Positions 37,966 through 47,647 of a DNA stretch of 64,000 nucleotides are shown here, piece by piece. Both the position numbers and the translations under genes were made by a program. Under the pieces are notes generated by a model, which was given only the letters and a program-made list of their open reading frames with translations, was not told the DNA's origin and did not search any database. The first letter of the stretch is position 1; each line of letters opens with the position of its first letter. The stretch is from a bacterium (GTDB lineage: Bacteria > Patescibacteriota > Minisyncoccia > Phycocordibacterales > UBA5272): positions 28,773 to 92,772 of the forward strand of contig JAYVHM010000001.1 of the NCBI GenBank assembly GCA_043771335.1, given 5' to 3'.

Positions 37966-39053
37966 ATTTCGATTATCTCATTTGCTATTATTTCTCCTGC
38001 ATTTTTATTAGATATATTCTTACAAGCATTTACCATTTTTTTATATTCTTCTTTGTTATCTACAATATCAGAAATCAAGCTAAGTAAAAGATTTGGAGAT
38101 AAGTTATTTTCATTTATGGTGTGAGACATTCCTTTTCTATAGAAAACATTAGCGTTACTCGTCTGATCCCTGCTAACCTGTTCTGAGATTGGTATAACAA
38201 TAGAAGGTAACTGCCAAGAAGCTATCTCAAACAAGCTACTCCCTGCCCTAGTTACAACAATATCAACCGAAGGGTATATTTTTGAAAAGTCTAGACTACC
38301 ATAAGCAGCATAAGCTTCGGCATTATAGTCTTTTAAAATAACACTTGTTCTAGATTTTATATCTTCCAAATTATCGTCACCTACTTGATGAATGAGATTA
38401 TATCTGCCAAGTATCTGTGGTAAAATAGCTAAAATAGCATCATTGATCTTAGAACTACCACTAGATCCTCCCATGACTAAAATATTTTTTCTAGGATTCT
38501 CATTATATGCTCTTTCAAAATCTGTCGGTGGTGTATACTTTTCTAATATTGGCTGACCGGTGTAAGCTATCTTATCTATATATTTAAAATATTTTATAGA
38601 CTCTTCATAAGAAACAGCAATACGATAAGCAAATCTAGAAACAAGTAAAGATGCGCGACCAGGCACACTGTCACTATCATGCATGATGATTGGTATTCTT
38701 AAAATAAAAGCAGCAAAACAAGTAGGTAAGCTATCGTAGCCACCTTTTGAAAAAATAACATCTGGATAAATAAAAAGTAATTTGAAAAATGCTACAATAA
38801 CACCAAAAGCCAGCTTAAATACATCTGTAAAATTAAGTAGAGAAAAATATAATCTGTTCTTACCACTAGGAATCCAAGAATATTTTATATTTTTAGAAGA
38901 TAACATTTCCGAATAAGTATTTTTGGAAGAAAAATAATATTCTATAGGAAAAACTAATTTATTTTTATAAACTAATTTCCTAACCTGCTCTGATACTGCC
39001 ATAAGCGGATAAAAATGTCCTCCTGTTCCACCGCCTGTATAGATTATTTTCAT
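37947..39053 (-). CDS. murG: UDP-GlcNAc:lipid I N-acetylglucosaminyltransferase MurG
   Basis: The N-terminal G-loop 'YTGGGTGGHFYPL' is present and the 368-aa length fits. Confidence 0.85.
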   Translation of the reverse strand: MKIIYTGGGTGGHFYPLMAVSEQVRKLVYKNKLVFPIEYYFSSKNTYSEMLSSKNIKYSWIPSGKNRLYFSLLNFTDVFKLAFGVIVAFFKLLFIYPDVIFSKGGYDSLPTCFAAFILRIPIIMHDSDSVPGRASLLVSRFAYRIAVSYEESIKYFKYIDKIAYTGQPILEKYTPPTDFERAYNENPRKNILVMGGSSGSSKINDAILAILPQILGRYNLIHQVGDDNLEDIKSRTSVILKDYNAEAYAAYGSLDFSKIYPSVDIVVTRAGSSLFEIASWQLPSIVIPISEQVSRDQTSNANVFYRKGMSHTINENNLSPNLLLSLISDIVDNKEEYKKMVNACKNISNKNAGEIIANEIIEICYSHR

Positions 39054-40165
39054 ATATATTTTTTAGTTAATTGTAATAATAATCCCATTATAATAAAATT
39101 AGCGATAAGTGACGTTCCTCCTTGTGAGAAAAAAGGTAAAGTATCTCCTGACAATGGTATTATTTTCAACATAGAGCCGATATTAAGTAGGCTCTGAAAG
39201 AATAGTAATACAGCTGAACCTATTATAACATTTTTTATAAAAATGTCCTTAATGTAAATTGACTTCAACATAAGATTTACACATAAAAAACCAAATAACA
39301 AGACAACAATGACTGAACCAAAAAAACCAAACTCTTCTGAAAACACAGCGAAAACAGAGTCCCCTGCTGGTTCAGGTAGGTAGTGGAATTTTTGTATACT
39401 CTTTCCTAGACCTCTGCCAAAAATACCACCATTGCCAATAGCTATTAAGGCTTGATCTGCCTGATAAGATATACCCTTACTATTTCCTCCAATACCTGCG
39501 TAGTCATATATTCTATTTCTAACATAACTATTCATAGAAACATATAGCAATGCGACCAAAACACCTATACCCATAAAACTTAAAATATGAGTAATTTTAC
39601 TTTTAGAAGTAAAGAAAATCACTGTAACTATGGAACCAATAACTATCAAAGTTCCGAGGTCTTTTTGTAAAAACATTGCTATGGCAACAGGACCCATTAT
39701 AATAAAATATCCTATTAGAGCGTATTTTATTTCTCTAATTTTCCCATCATATTTTTTAAGATACCAAGCAGTTATAAGTACTGTAGAAATCTTTATTAGC
39801 TCAGCTGGCTGCAAAGAGAAGCCAAAAACATTTATCCATCTTGTAGAACCTCCATGAGCAATACCTACGCCAGGTAAAAAAACTAAAAAAGAAGATACTA
39901 TGGTCAGTATATATATATAAGGTGATAGCCTGTATATATACACATAAGAAAAAATAAAAGAAATACACATCAAAATTATCCCTATAAGATAAGCATACAT
40001 CTGGCTTTCAATCATTCCATAGAACTTAACTTCATTTCTATTTAAAATGCCGAGAGAAGCTGAAAAAAAGGCTATAGCTCCCAAAGAGATAATAGCTAAA
40101 AAAGGTAGTAAAATGCTTTTACTGATATAATCTATTTCTAATTTATCGTATATTTTTTCTAGCAT
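39050..40165 (-). CDS. ftsW: SEDS-family peptidoglycan polymerase (FtsW/RodA)
   Basis: The protein has about 10 TM segments and lies between mraY and murG. Confidence 0.8.
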   Translation of the reverse strand: MLEKIYDKLEIDYISKSILLPFLAIISLGAIAFFSASLGILNRNEVKFYGMIESQMYAYLIGIILMCISFIFSYVYIYRLSPYIYILTIVSSFLVFLPGVGIAHGGSTRWINVFGFSLQPAELIKISTVLITAWYLKKYDGKIREIKYALIGYFIIMGPVAIAMFLQKDLGTLIVIGSIVTVIFFTSKSKITHILSFMGIGVLVALLYVSMNSYVRNRIYDYAGIGGNSKGISYQADQALIAIGNGGIFGRGLGKSIQKFHYLPEPAGDSVFAVFSEEFGFFGSVIVVLLFGFLCVNLMLKSIYIKDIFIKNVIIGSAVLLFFQSLLNIGSMLKIIPLSGDTLPFFSQGGTSLIANFIIMGLLLQLTKKYI

Positions 40166-40169
40166 AATT

Positions 40170-41234
40170 CTATAAAAAAGATAGCAACACTCCAGCTATG
40201 GCACAAAAATAAGCGACTATCCAGTATCTCATGGCTACTTTATAATTTGGCATTCCTTTTGCTTCAAAATGATGATGTATTGGAGCAACTAAAAATATTT
40301 TCTTACCTCTAAACTTTTTAGAAAGTAACTGTAATATTGTAGAAGCTACTGTTGCATATAATAAAAATCCTATTACTGGTAAATAAGCAATACCATCAGT
40401 TAAATAAGCAATTATAACTATAGTCAAAAGTAATGGAGTCATACCAGTCTCCATGTTGTAAAATTTGGCTGGTGGTATGTTGAACCATAGAAAAGCAAGT
40501 ATACCAGACACGATAACAAAGCAAAGTGTAGCCATATCATACTGATCATGAGTTAAGGCTATTACTCCATAAGCACTGTATATCATCATCATAACCCCTC
40601 CAGAGAGTCCATCTACACCATCTATGATTCCTCCAGCATAAGTAGCTAACATAAATAAAACTAAAATAATGGCAAATACAGCTGGCGATAGAAACATTAC
40701 ACCAAAAAATGGCAAGTTAATGCTATTCATGTCTAACTTGCAAATAAACCAATACGCTACAAAAATAGAAACCAGAAAAACAAAAAATAATCTTACTTTT
40801 AAAGATAGTCCTCCACCTATATAGCTGCCAGCTTTTTTGAAATATTCCACAACAGATAAATCATCTATGGCCCCTAATACTCCACCAAATAATAAAGAAA
40901 ATAATGGCAACCAAGTCTGAGACCTAGAAGTAAAGTCTAATTTATTAAATATTTCTATATTTGTAAACTTATCAAATGCGTAAAAAATAGATGCTGTGCT
41001 TAAAACACTTATCCAAATAATAAGACCACCCATGCGAGGGACTTTTACTTTTTCATCATTATGTAACATTGCTGTTATGGGAGCGTCTTTACCGTCAATA
41101 GACTTTGCAACATTTTTCTTTTTCCAAATCTGATTTTTAACCAACCATTTATGTATTGGAAAACTTATAAATATTCCTATTGCAAAAGTTATTGTGGATG
41201 GTAAAAGTATACTTAATAGATTTATTGGGTTCAT
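40170..41234 (-). CDS. mraY: Phospho-N-acetylmuramoyl-pentapeptide transferase MraY
   Basis: The motifs 'GAIDD', 'DGVDGL' and 'HHHFE' are present in a polytopic membrane protein. Confidence 0.9.
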   Translation of the reverse strand: MNPINLLSILLPSTITFAIGIFISFPIHKWLVKNQIWKKKNVAKSIDGKDAPITAMLHNDEKVKVPRMGGLIIWISVLSTASIFYAFDKFTNIEIFNKLDFTSRSQTWLPLFSLLFGGVLGAIDDLSVVEYFKKAGSYIGGGLSLKVRLFFVFLVSIFVAYWFICKLDMNSINLPFFGVMFLSPAVFAIILVLFMLATYAGGIIDGVDGLSGGVMMMIYSAYGVIALTHDQYDMATLCFVIVSGILAFLWFNIPPAKFYNMETGMTPLLLTIVIIAYLTDGIAYLPVIGFLLYATVASTILQLLSKKFRGKKIFLVAPIHHHFEAKGMPNYKVAMRYWIVAYFCAIAGVLLSFL

Positions 41235-41265
41235 ATTTTTATTTTCTTTACTTATAATTATATCA

Positions 41266-42132
41266 CTATTTTAGATAATAATTAAGAAGTAATTCAGTGT
41301 CTTTATATCTCCCTTCTTTTGTGGATCCCATCACTACGATAGCGAATCTAGACTCTTTTGTGATTTCATATATTGTAGCCAAGTTACCACCAGCTACGTC
41401 TGTAAATCCAGTTTTTGAACCCACAAGAAAAGGTATTTCACTCACAGCCTCATTAGTATTTTTAACTCCAGAGAATATTGCTCTTGTGGTATGACTTAAT
41501 ATTTCAGGATTCTTGCTATATAGAAGATCTATAAGCTTCACAACTGAAATAGCACTACCATAATTACTTGCTGTTATCTCTGCGCCACTCTCAAGATCTT
41601 CATCTGTGTCTAAGCCTGATGGATTAGTGTAAGTCATATTCAAAAGATTTTTGTTCGCCACTTCATTCATTTTTTTTATAAACTCTACACTATTTGGACA
41701 ATTATCTGCTATGTTATTTGCACTTTCATTGTCTGATGCTATTAATAACTTGTCTAATTCCAACTTAAGCACGTCATTACAATTATCAAGAGCAATATAT
41801 GCAGTCATTAATTTTGTAAGGCTAGCCAGTGGAAACTTTTCATTTTCTTTTTCTCCTAAAATTAATTTCTTATTAGTTAAGTCATAAATAATATAACTTT
41901 TAGCTAAGATATTTTTTCTTTCTAGTATTTTATTAGTCTCTGTATTTTTAATATTCTCTCCAAGAAATAACAAAGAGTTCTTTTTATAATCTTCTTCAAA
42001 AATATTTTCTCTAAAATTAAATCTGAACCTGTCTTTAAAATAAAAGAAAACAAAAGAAAAAAGCAAAGTAATAAGCAAGGTGCAAATTATAAGTTTTCTT
42101 TTCTCTATATTGTCTTTTTTTATCTTACGCAT
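41266..42132 (-). CDS. Serine-type D-Ala-D-Ala carboxypeptidase (PBP5/S11-like low-molecular-weight PBP)
   Basis: The SxxK motif 'ASLTK', the SxN motif 'ASDNE' and the KTG motif 'GSKTGFT' are present, with an N-terminal TM anchor. Confidence 0.65.
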   Translation of the reverse strand: MRKIKKDNIEKRKLIICTLLITLLFSFVFFYFKDRFRFNFRENIFEEDYKKNSLLFLGENIKNTETNKILERKNILAKSYIIYDLTNKKLILGEKENEKFPLASLTKLMTAYIALDNCNDVLKLELDKLLIASDNESANNIADNCPNSVEFIKKMNEVANKNLLNMTYTNPSGLDTDEDLESGAEITASNYGSAISVVKLIDLLYSKNPEILSHTTRAIFSGVKNTNEAVSEIPFLVGSKTGFTDVAGGNLATIYEITKESRFAIVVMGSTKEGRYKDTELLLNYYLK

Positions 42133-42151
42133 AATTTAAAATCTTTTTAGA

Positions 42152-42706
42152 TTAACCATTCAGAGCTTCAGTTAATTTTGATTTCAGATTAGTGCTTATC
42201 TTTTCATAATCTTTCAAATCTTCATTGTTTGTAATCCCTAATATTTTAAAAGCTTCTAAAGTTAGAAAATACTTTTCTAAGATTTTTTTAACTAATCCTC
42301 TGGTCGACAAAGCTCTGAGTGTCTGTACAGACTGCACTCCGCGTATAAATGAAACTTCTTGAACTGTTGTCTCTTTCAAATAAGCGACGATAGTCAGAGT
42401 CTGTAATTGAGCAGGAGTGAGATCTTCCTCAATATGAACCTTAAAATAGGATTCTAATATATTTGCATAGTCTGACTTTGTTGTTAAGCTTAGAAACTTA
42501 GAACCAGTATTTTCACTCACAACTAATTCTAGACCTATACTCTCTAAGTTTTTTTTGATACTTGACAGTGTGCCTTCTATTATTTCTAATGTTACTTTGT
42601 TATCATTTATTTCAGATAATATCTTAGCAATAGTTGATGTCTCTAACCCTTCTCCGCTAGCAAATATTATATTTATTATCTTTTTTTCCATGTCCTCTGT
42701 TTTCAT
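42152..42706 (-). CDS. scpB: Segregation and condensation protein B
   Basis: Tandem winged-helix domains are present and the gene is immediately downstream of scpA. The protein is 184 aa. Confidence 0.7.
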   Translation of the reverse strand: MKTEDMEKKIINIIFASGEGLETSTIAKILSEINDNKVTLEIIEGTLSSIKKNLESIGLELVVSENTGSKFLSLTTKSDYANILESYFKVHIEEDLTPAQLQTLTIVAYLKETTVQEVSFIRGVQSVQTLRALSTRGLVKKILEKYFLTLEAFKILGITNNEDLKDYEKISTNLKSKLTEALNG

Positions 42707-42746
42707 ATGCTCTTATTTATTCTGATTTAATATTATTCTTATTACA

Positions 42747-43538
42747 TTATACTATACTTTTTAATTTTATGTCTCCGTCATGCTCTTCTGCTCTTATTTT
42801 ACCATGTCTGAGTAGTTCTAGGAGAGCTAAAAAACTAACTATAATATTCTTTTTTACCTCTTTTTCAGTGCCACCCATGCTTTTCGCAAAATCCTTCAAA
42901 GAAGTCACATTTTCTGATATTCTACTTATCATTTTCTCTATTACGTCTTCTAACTTTACAGCTTGACGCACTGCTACATTCTTCAGTCTCTCAAAATTAG
43001 GCATTTTAGCAAGAGTAAGTATTGCCACAGAAAAAATATTTTCAAAAGTCACTGAAATAGGTGTAAATATTTTTTCTGTTTTATATTTTACTTCCTCTCT
43101 GGTCAATAGAACATTTTTGCTCCATATTTCTTTTATATTCTCTTCTGCAATTTTTAATTCTTTGTGTAGTTCTAATTTTTTTTCAAGTGTATTTACTTCT
43201 TCTTTTTCATCACTAGTATATTCCATTTGAGGCAGTAGTGACTTTGCTTTTATAAGCATAAGAGTCGAAGCAACTTGAATGAATTGAGATATATCGAGTG
43301 GGTTTATAGTTTCTAAAGTTTTAACATAATTAATATATTCATCGGCTATCTGAGAAAGGGAGATTTCTGATATGGTTAATTTTCTGGATTCTATTAATTC
43401 CAATATCTTCGTATAAGGTCCTTCGAATCTACCTTGCTTTACCGCAAAAGTATTTTTATTAATATCTAAACTATTTGCACTTAAATGCATCTTGCTTAGA
43501 TTTTGAAACTCTTCTAATGTCAGCTCTTGGTCTTGCAT
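42747..43538 (-). CDS. scpA: Segregation and condensation protein A (kleisin)
   Basis: The N-terminus 'FEGPYTKILELIESRKLTISEISLSQIADEY' matches the ScpA consensus. Confidence 0.7.
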   Translation of the reverse strand: MQDQELTLEEFQNLSKMHLSANSLDINKNTFAVKQGRFEGPYTKILELIESRKLTISEISLSQIADEYINYVKTLETINPLDISQFIQVASTLMLIKAKSLLPQMEYTSDEKEEVNTLEKKLELHKELKIAEENIKEIWSKNVLLTREEVKYKTEKIFTPISVTFENIFSVAILTLAKMPNFERLKNVAVRQAVKLEDVIEKMISRISENVTSLKDFAKSMGGTEKEVKKNIIVSFLALLELLRHGKIRAEEHDGDIKLKSIV

Positions 43539-43590
43539 GATGTTATTTTGAGATATTTATATTTATAATAATTATAGCATAAAAAATAAA

Positions 43591-43620
43591 ATGCGAATAA
43601 GAAATATTTCTTATTCGCAT
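43591..43620 (-). terminator. Intrinsic terminator of the 2H-phosphoesterase gene (minus orientation)
   Basis: The palindrome ATGCGAATAAGAAATA|TTTCTTATTCGCAT is preceded on the plus strand by an A-run, which is a U-tract on the minus strand. Confidence 0.6.
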
Positions 43621-43655
43621 CTGAAGCCATTCTGGCGATAAATAGCATCAAACAC

Positions 43656-44366
43656 TCAGAACGTATCGAAAACTGCTGGCTGTAACTGACTGCTGGCAAA
43701 ACGTTCGAATTTGGCACCTTCACTCATATTTTTAACAAAATGAGCTGTATGAAAACGAAAACTTTTACTAAATACATGCGCATAATCTTGCATATTTCTA
43801 AGCCTAGAAAGCAATTTTAGATTACTTTTAATTTTAGATTTATCACAAGTTCCAAGAGTCATATGAAGGTCTATACTTGGACTATTTTGAGACTTCATGT
43901 GCTTATAATAATTACCTCGCTCTCTGATTATAGCCCCTTTCTGGTAACGATTAATAGTATTCATTCTAAGACATAAAGTATTTTTATGAAAATAAAAATC
44001 TTCAACCTTAAGAGGTACACCACCAGTAAAATTAAAAAATTCACTTATATTCGCATGCCACTTACCCCTATGTGCCCTAGTCATGACTTTTTCTTTTGTC
44101 ATAATTACTGGAGCAAGTAATGTTACATGATCACGCAAGGAACTATCATTTACGCTAAAGCCTTCTAAGGTTTTACTTAGGGCTATTTTTAATATGTCTA
44201 ATCTGGTCTGCTCTGTATTAAAAGGTATTAATACCAATACAGACTTAACCATTTCTATTTCTGGGAAAAGACAGGTTTGCTTTTGAACACATTCCATTTT
44301 TGACTCCTCATTAAAAGTTAAAAACAAATACTTTTTAATACTAGCATTTATATACACCTTTTGCAA
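43656..44366 (-). CDS. 2H phosphoesterase superfamily protein (LigT/2'-5' RNA ligase or cyclic phosphodiesterase-like)
   Basis: Two H-x-T-x motifs are present, 'DHVTLL' and 'LHMTLG', about 90 aa apart. The gene is locally GC-rich. Confidence 0.5.
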   Translation of the reverse strand: MQKVYINASIKKYLFLTFNEESKMECVQKQTCLFPEIEMVKSVLVLIPFNTEQTRLDILKIALSKTLEGFSVNDSSLRDHVTLLAPVIMTKEKVMTRAHRGKWHANISEFFNFTGGVPLKVEDFYFHKNTLCLRMNTINRYQKGAIIRERGNYYKHMKSQNSPSIDLHMTLGTCDKSKIKSNLKLLSRLRNMQDYAHVFSKSFRFHTAHFVKNMSEGAKFERFASSQLQPAVFDTF

Positions 44367-44493
44367 AATATTAAGTGTTAAAATTTGATTTTTACTTGAC
44401 TTTATATTTTAATTATGATATTGTGTAAGTTCGTGCATTTGTCTTAATTTTTAATTAAAATAAGTGTATTTTTAACCCCTAAAAAGGAAAAAC

Positions 44494-45444
44494 ATGTTCG
44501 TTTCTAAAAAAATCTTACTGGCTGTAGTTTCTGGTGCTTTGTTGCTGACTGCCTGCGGTGAGGAAGTTGCTGTAAAAAGTAAAAATCCTACTGCTTCTGG
44601 GCCAATAACAACAAACCTAACAGATAACAGCTCAGCTCAAGTAAAACAAACAATGATTACACAAGTATCAAAAAAACATACCGTCAAGAAAGGTGAGTTT
44701 TTAAATGCTATCGCAGGCCGTTATGGTGTCGAGCGCGAAGCGCTCATCTTAGAAAATGCTAAGATGTTGATCGATGAATACGAAGATGCTTGCGAGCGTG
44801 CTCATAAAAAAGCACATAAAAGCAAAAGTCTCTTTTGTAATGAAAATTACAAACGCTCATGGTCCAACACTTTGCTACCTGGCTGGAAAATAACAATTCC
44901 AGCAGCAGCGAGTACATCAACAGAAATGACCACTACGTTCGGCGCTGAAAAAGTTGCAGCGATTACAACTGCTGTATCTAGCCTGAGTGGTGACGACTCG
45001 CTTTCGGTCTTACTGGATGTCTCTGGGTCCATGGGATCAAAACGACAAATGGTCGCCCAATATGTCATGGATACACTAAAAGTAAGTGGTAAAAAATTTG
45101 CTGGACTGTATGTCTATTCAGCTGAAGTTCGTAGCATTAATAATGCCATCGATGCGCCTAGCTTACGCGAGGCATTAACAGCCTCCTACAGTTCATCTGT
45201 AGTTGGTGACACTTCAATTGAAAATACTCACAAAGCACTCAAATATGTTTTTGCTAATAAAAAAGCAACACATGTGCTAGTGATTAGCGATGAAGTTGGT
45301 AATGACTGGAACTGGTCTACGGTGAAAGACATGAAGAATATCATTGCTGTCTGTGTGTCAAATACTCAAGGCCAAGAACCTTGTAATGATAGCTTCAAAA
45401 AACTGTCAAAAGAAGCTACAAATTCTAAGTATATACAGTTGTAA
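44494..45444 (+). CDS. Secreted lipoprotein with LysM and von Willebrand factor A (vWA) domains
   Basis: A signal peptide and lipobox 'LLLTAC' are present. The LysM motif reads 'HTVKKGEFLNAIAGRYGV...LLPGWKITIP'. The vWA MIDAS motifs are 'DVSGSMGS', 'GDTSIENTHKAL' and 'VISDEVGND'. Confidence 0.6.
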   Translation: MFVSKKILLAVVSGALLLTACGEEVAVKSKNPTASGPITTNLTDNSSAQVKQTMITQVSKKHTVKKGEFLNAIAGRYGVEREALILENAKMLIDEYEDACERAHKKAHKSKSLFCNENYKRSWSNTLLPGWKITIPAAASTSTEMTTTFGAEKVAAITTAVSSLSGDDSLSVLLDVSGSMGSKRQMVAQYVMDTLKVSGKKFAGLYVYSAEVRSINNAIDAPSLREALTASYSSSVVGDTSIENTHKALKYVFANKKATHVLVISDEVGNDWNWSTVKDMKNIIAVCVSNTQGQEPCNDSFKKLSKEATNSKYIQL

Positions 45445-45471
45445 GACTTAGTTAGAAAGATTCCCAGCTTT

Positions 45472-45502
45472 AAAGCCGAACTAATTAGTTCGGCTTTTTT
45501 TT
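45472..45502 (+). terminator. Intrinsic terminator
   Basis: AAAGCCGAACTAATTAGTTCGGCTTTTTTTT. Confidence 0.65.
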
Positions 45503-45522
45503 ATTACAAAAATTATAAAATA

Positions 45523-45531
45523 TGCTATAAT
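45523..45531 (+). promoter_or_regulatory. Extended -10 TGCTATAAT upstream of gatB
   Basis: Exact motif match. Confidence 0.45.
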
Positions 45532-45558
45532 ATACATAAGAAAATAAATTATAAATAT

Positions 45559-47034
45559 ATGGAAAAAGAAGGAAACAAAACAGCAAAAGATTTAGATAGT
45601 AAGTATTATGTAACAGTTGGAATGGAAGTGCATGCTGAACTGAAAACTAAAAGTAAAATGTGGTGTGCTTGTAAAAATGACCCATTTTTAAGTGAAGCAA
45701 ATACTAATGTCTGCCCTGTATGTCTAGCTGAGCCTGGGGCATTACCTGTTGCTAATATTGAAGCTTTAAGATCTATAATAAAAGTTGGCCTCGCTGTTGA
45801 TAGTGAGATAGCGAACTTTACTGAGTTTGACCGTAAGAATTATTTTTATCCTGACATGCCAAAAGCGTATCAGATAACACAATTTAAATACCCTGTTGTA
45901 TCTGGTGGTAAGCTTGCCGGTATTGATTTGACTCGTATACACATGGAAGAAGACACAGCAAAGAGCGATCATGAAAAAGGATTATATACGCTAATTGATT
46001 TTAATCGTGCTGGTGTACCATTAATGGAGTTAGTAACAGAAGCTATTACTTATAATTCAAAAGAGGAGGCAGCAAAAGCCAGCGCTAACTTTGGAAAAGA
46101 ATATCAGAGACTACTACGCACTCTAGGGGTCAGTGATGCCGATATGGAAAAAGGACAGTTGAGATTAGAGGCTAATATTTCTATAACAAAAGATCCAAAA
46201 GTTTTTGGCACAAAATGTGAAGTTAAGAATCTTAATTCATTTAACAGTGTAGAAAAGGCAATCATGTACGAAGTAGACAGGCACACTGATATGTTGGCGA
46301 AGGGTGAGACTATATTACAAGAGACACGCGGATGGAATGAAGTAAAGTTAGAGACTTTCTCTCAACGTAAAAAAGAAAATGCAAATGATTACAGATATTT
46401 CCCTGATCCAGACTTACCAAAAATGTATTTACATGAGATTTTTGATATAGAAAAAATGCGATTAGAATTACCAACTTTACCTAATGTAAAAAAAGAAAAA
46501 TATTTAGAGATTGGACTAAGTGAAAAACAAATAGATCAACTGCTGGATGATAATGTGTTTGGTAAATATTATGAATCTGGAATAGCACTTTTAAATAACA
46601 ATGAAAACAAAAAAATATTTGCTAATTATTTATTAACTGACACAATAGGTTTTATATCAAAAGATAACAACTTAAAATTACCAAAAGTTGAGATTTTTGT
46701 AAGTATTATAAATATGCTCTCTTCTGACAAATTATCAAGTCGTGGAGCAAAAGACCTACTTTTAAATATAATAGAAAATCAGAATAAATATGAAGCAGAA
46801 GCAAAAGAATTAAATGCAGAATCCCTAGCGAAAGAATTAAATCTAATACAAACAGTAGATCCAGAAGCTGTAAAAAAGGTAGTAGAAAAAGTCATAGCCG
46901 ATAATCAAAAAGAGTGGCTAGAATACAAGGGAGGGGCTGTAAAACTAGAAATGTTCTTCGTTGGTAAATGCATGAAGGAAAGTGCTGGTAGCGGTAATCC
47001 AAAAGCTTTTATCGACATTATAAAAACTTTATAG
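45559..47034 (+). CDS. gatB: Asp/Glu-tRNA amidotransferase subunit B
   Basis: The N-terminus 'YVTVGMEVHAELKTKSKMWC' is present, and the 491-aa protein ends in a GatB/YqeY-type C-terminal domain. Confidence 0.9.
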   Translation: MEKEGNKTAKDLDSKYYVTVGMEVHAELKTKSKMWCACKNDPFLSEANTNVCPVCLAEPGALPVANIEALRSIIKVGLAVDSEIANFTEFDRKNYFYPDMPKAYQITQFKYPVVSGGKLAGIDLTRIHMEEDTAKSDHEKGLYTLIDFNRAGVPLMELVTEAITYNSKEEAAKASANFGKEYQRLLRTLGVSDADMEKGQLRLEANISITKDPKVFGTKCEVKNLNSFNSVEKAIMYEVDRHTDMLAKGETILQETRGWNEVKLETFSQRKKENANDYRYFPDPDLPKMYLHEIFDIEKMRLELPTLPNVKKEKYLEIGLSEKQIDQLLDDNVFGKYYESGIALLNNNENKKIFANYLLTDTIGFISKDNNLKLPKVEIFVSIINMLSSDKLSSRGAKDLLLNIIENQNKYEAEAKELNAESLAKELNLIQTVDPEAVKKVVEKVIADNQKEWLEYKGGAVKLEMFFVGKCMKESAGSGNPKAFIDIIKTL

Positions 47035-47051
47035 TTTTATATAAAATAATT

Positions 47052-47636
47052 ATGCACAAATTAAAAATTATAATTATAGATTTATTAAAAATTACTTTTG
47101 CTTTATCTTTTATATTTTTAATACTGAATAATAACTATGTTAGACCTAAAATTAAAAAAGGATCTGGATACTTTAAAATTGAAAAGAGAGAACACAAATT
47201 ATTAGCTGGCATAACTGGTCACACTTTTCTAGAGATGCGAGACGATGAGGATAATGTATTACATCAAATACATGGCTTAGCAACTGACTCTGAAGGTAAT
47301 GCAAAAATGATAGGCAACAAAAAAACAGATAAATTAAAAGTCTGGATTTTTGATTATGATCTATACAAAGAAACTAGAAAATTAGATATAGGTGATACAG
47401 GAGTGGAAATAGCTTCGGGTACAAAAGATTATATAAATGTAATATGGGATCAAGCAGCAGCTTGCAAAGAGGACATAAATAATAAAGATATATCTTATCC
47501 GAGATATGGTTTCAGTTTATTTTCAGAAACAGAAAATAGTAACAGCGTAACAGATACACTTATATCTTGTATGCAATTAGAGAACAGAGACTTGGGAATA
47601 TTTACTCCTGGGAAACACAATCAACTTTTAAAGTAA
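47052..47636 (+). CDS. Hypothetical membrane-anchored protein (194 aa)
   Basis: An N-terminal TM helix is present. No motif was recognised. Confidence 0.4.
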   Translation: MHKLKIIIIDLLKITFALSFIFLILNNNYVRPKIKKGSGYFKIEKREHKLLAGITGHTFLEMRDDEDNVLHQIHGLATDSEGNAKMIGNKKTDKLKVWIFDYDLYKETRKLDIGDTGVEIASGTKDYINVIWDQAAACKEDINNKDISYPRYGFSLFSETENSNSVTDTLISCMQLENRDLGIFTPGKHNQLLK

Positions 47637-47647
47637 TAGCAAAAAGA

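Noticed and set aside
43520-43723. ORF 43520..43723 (-) between scpA and the 2H gene
   Set aside because: It spans the 43591..43620 terminator palindrome and overlaps both neighbouring gene ends, so it is a spurious reading-frame artefact.
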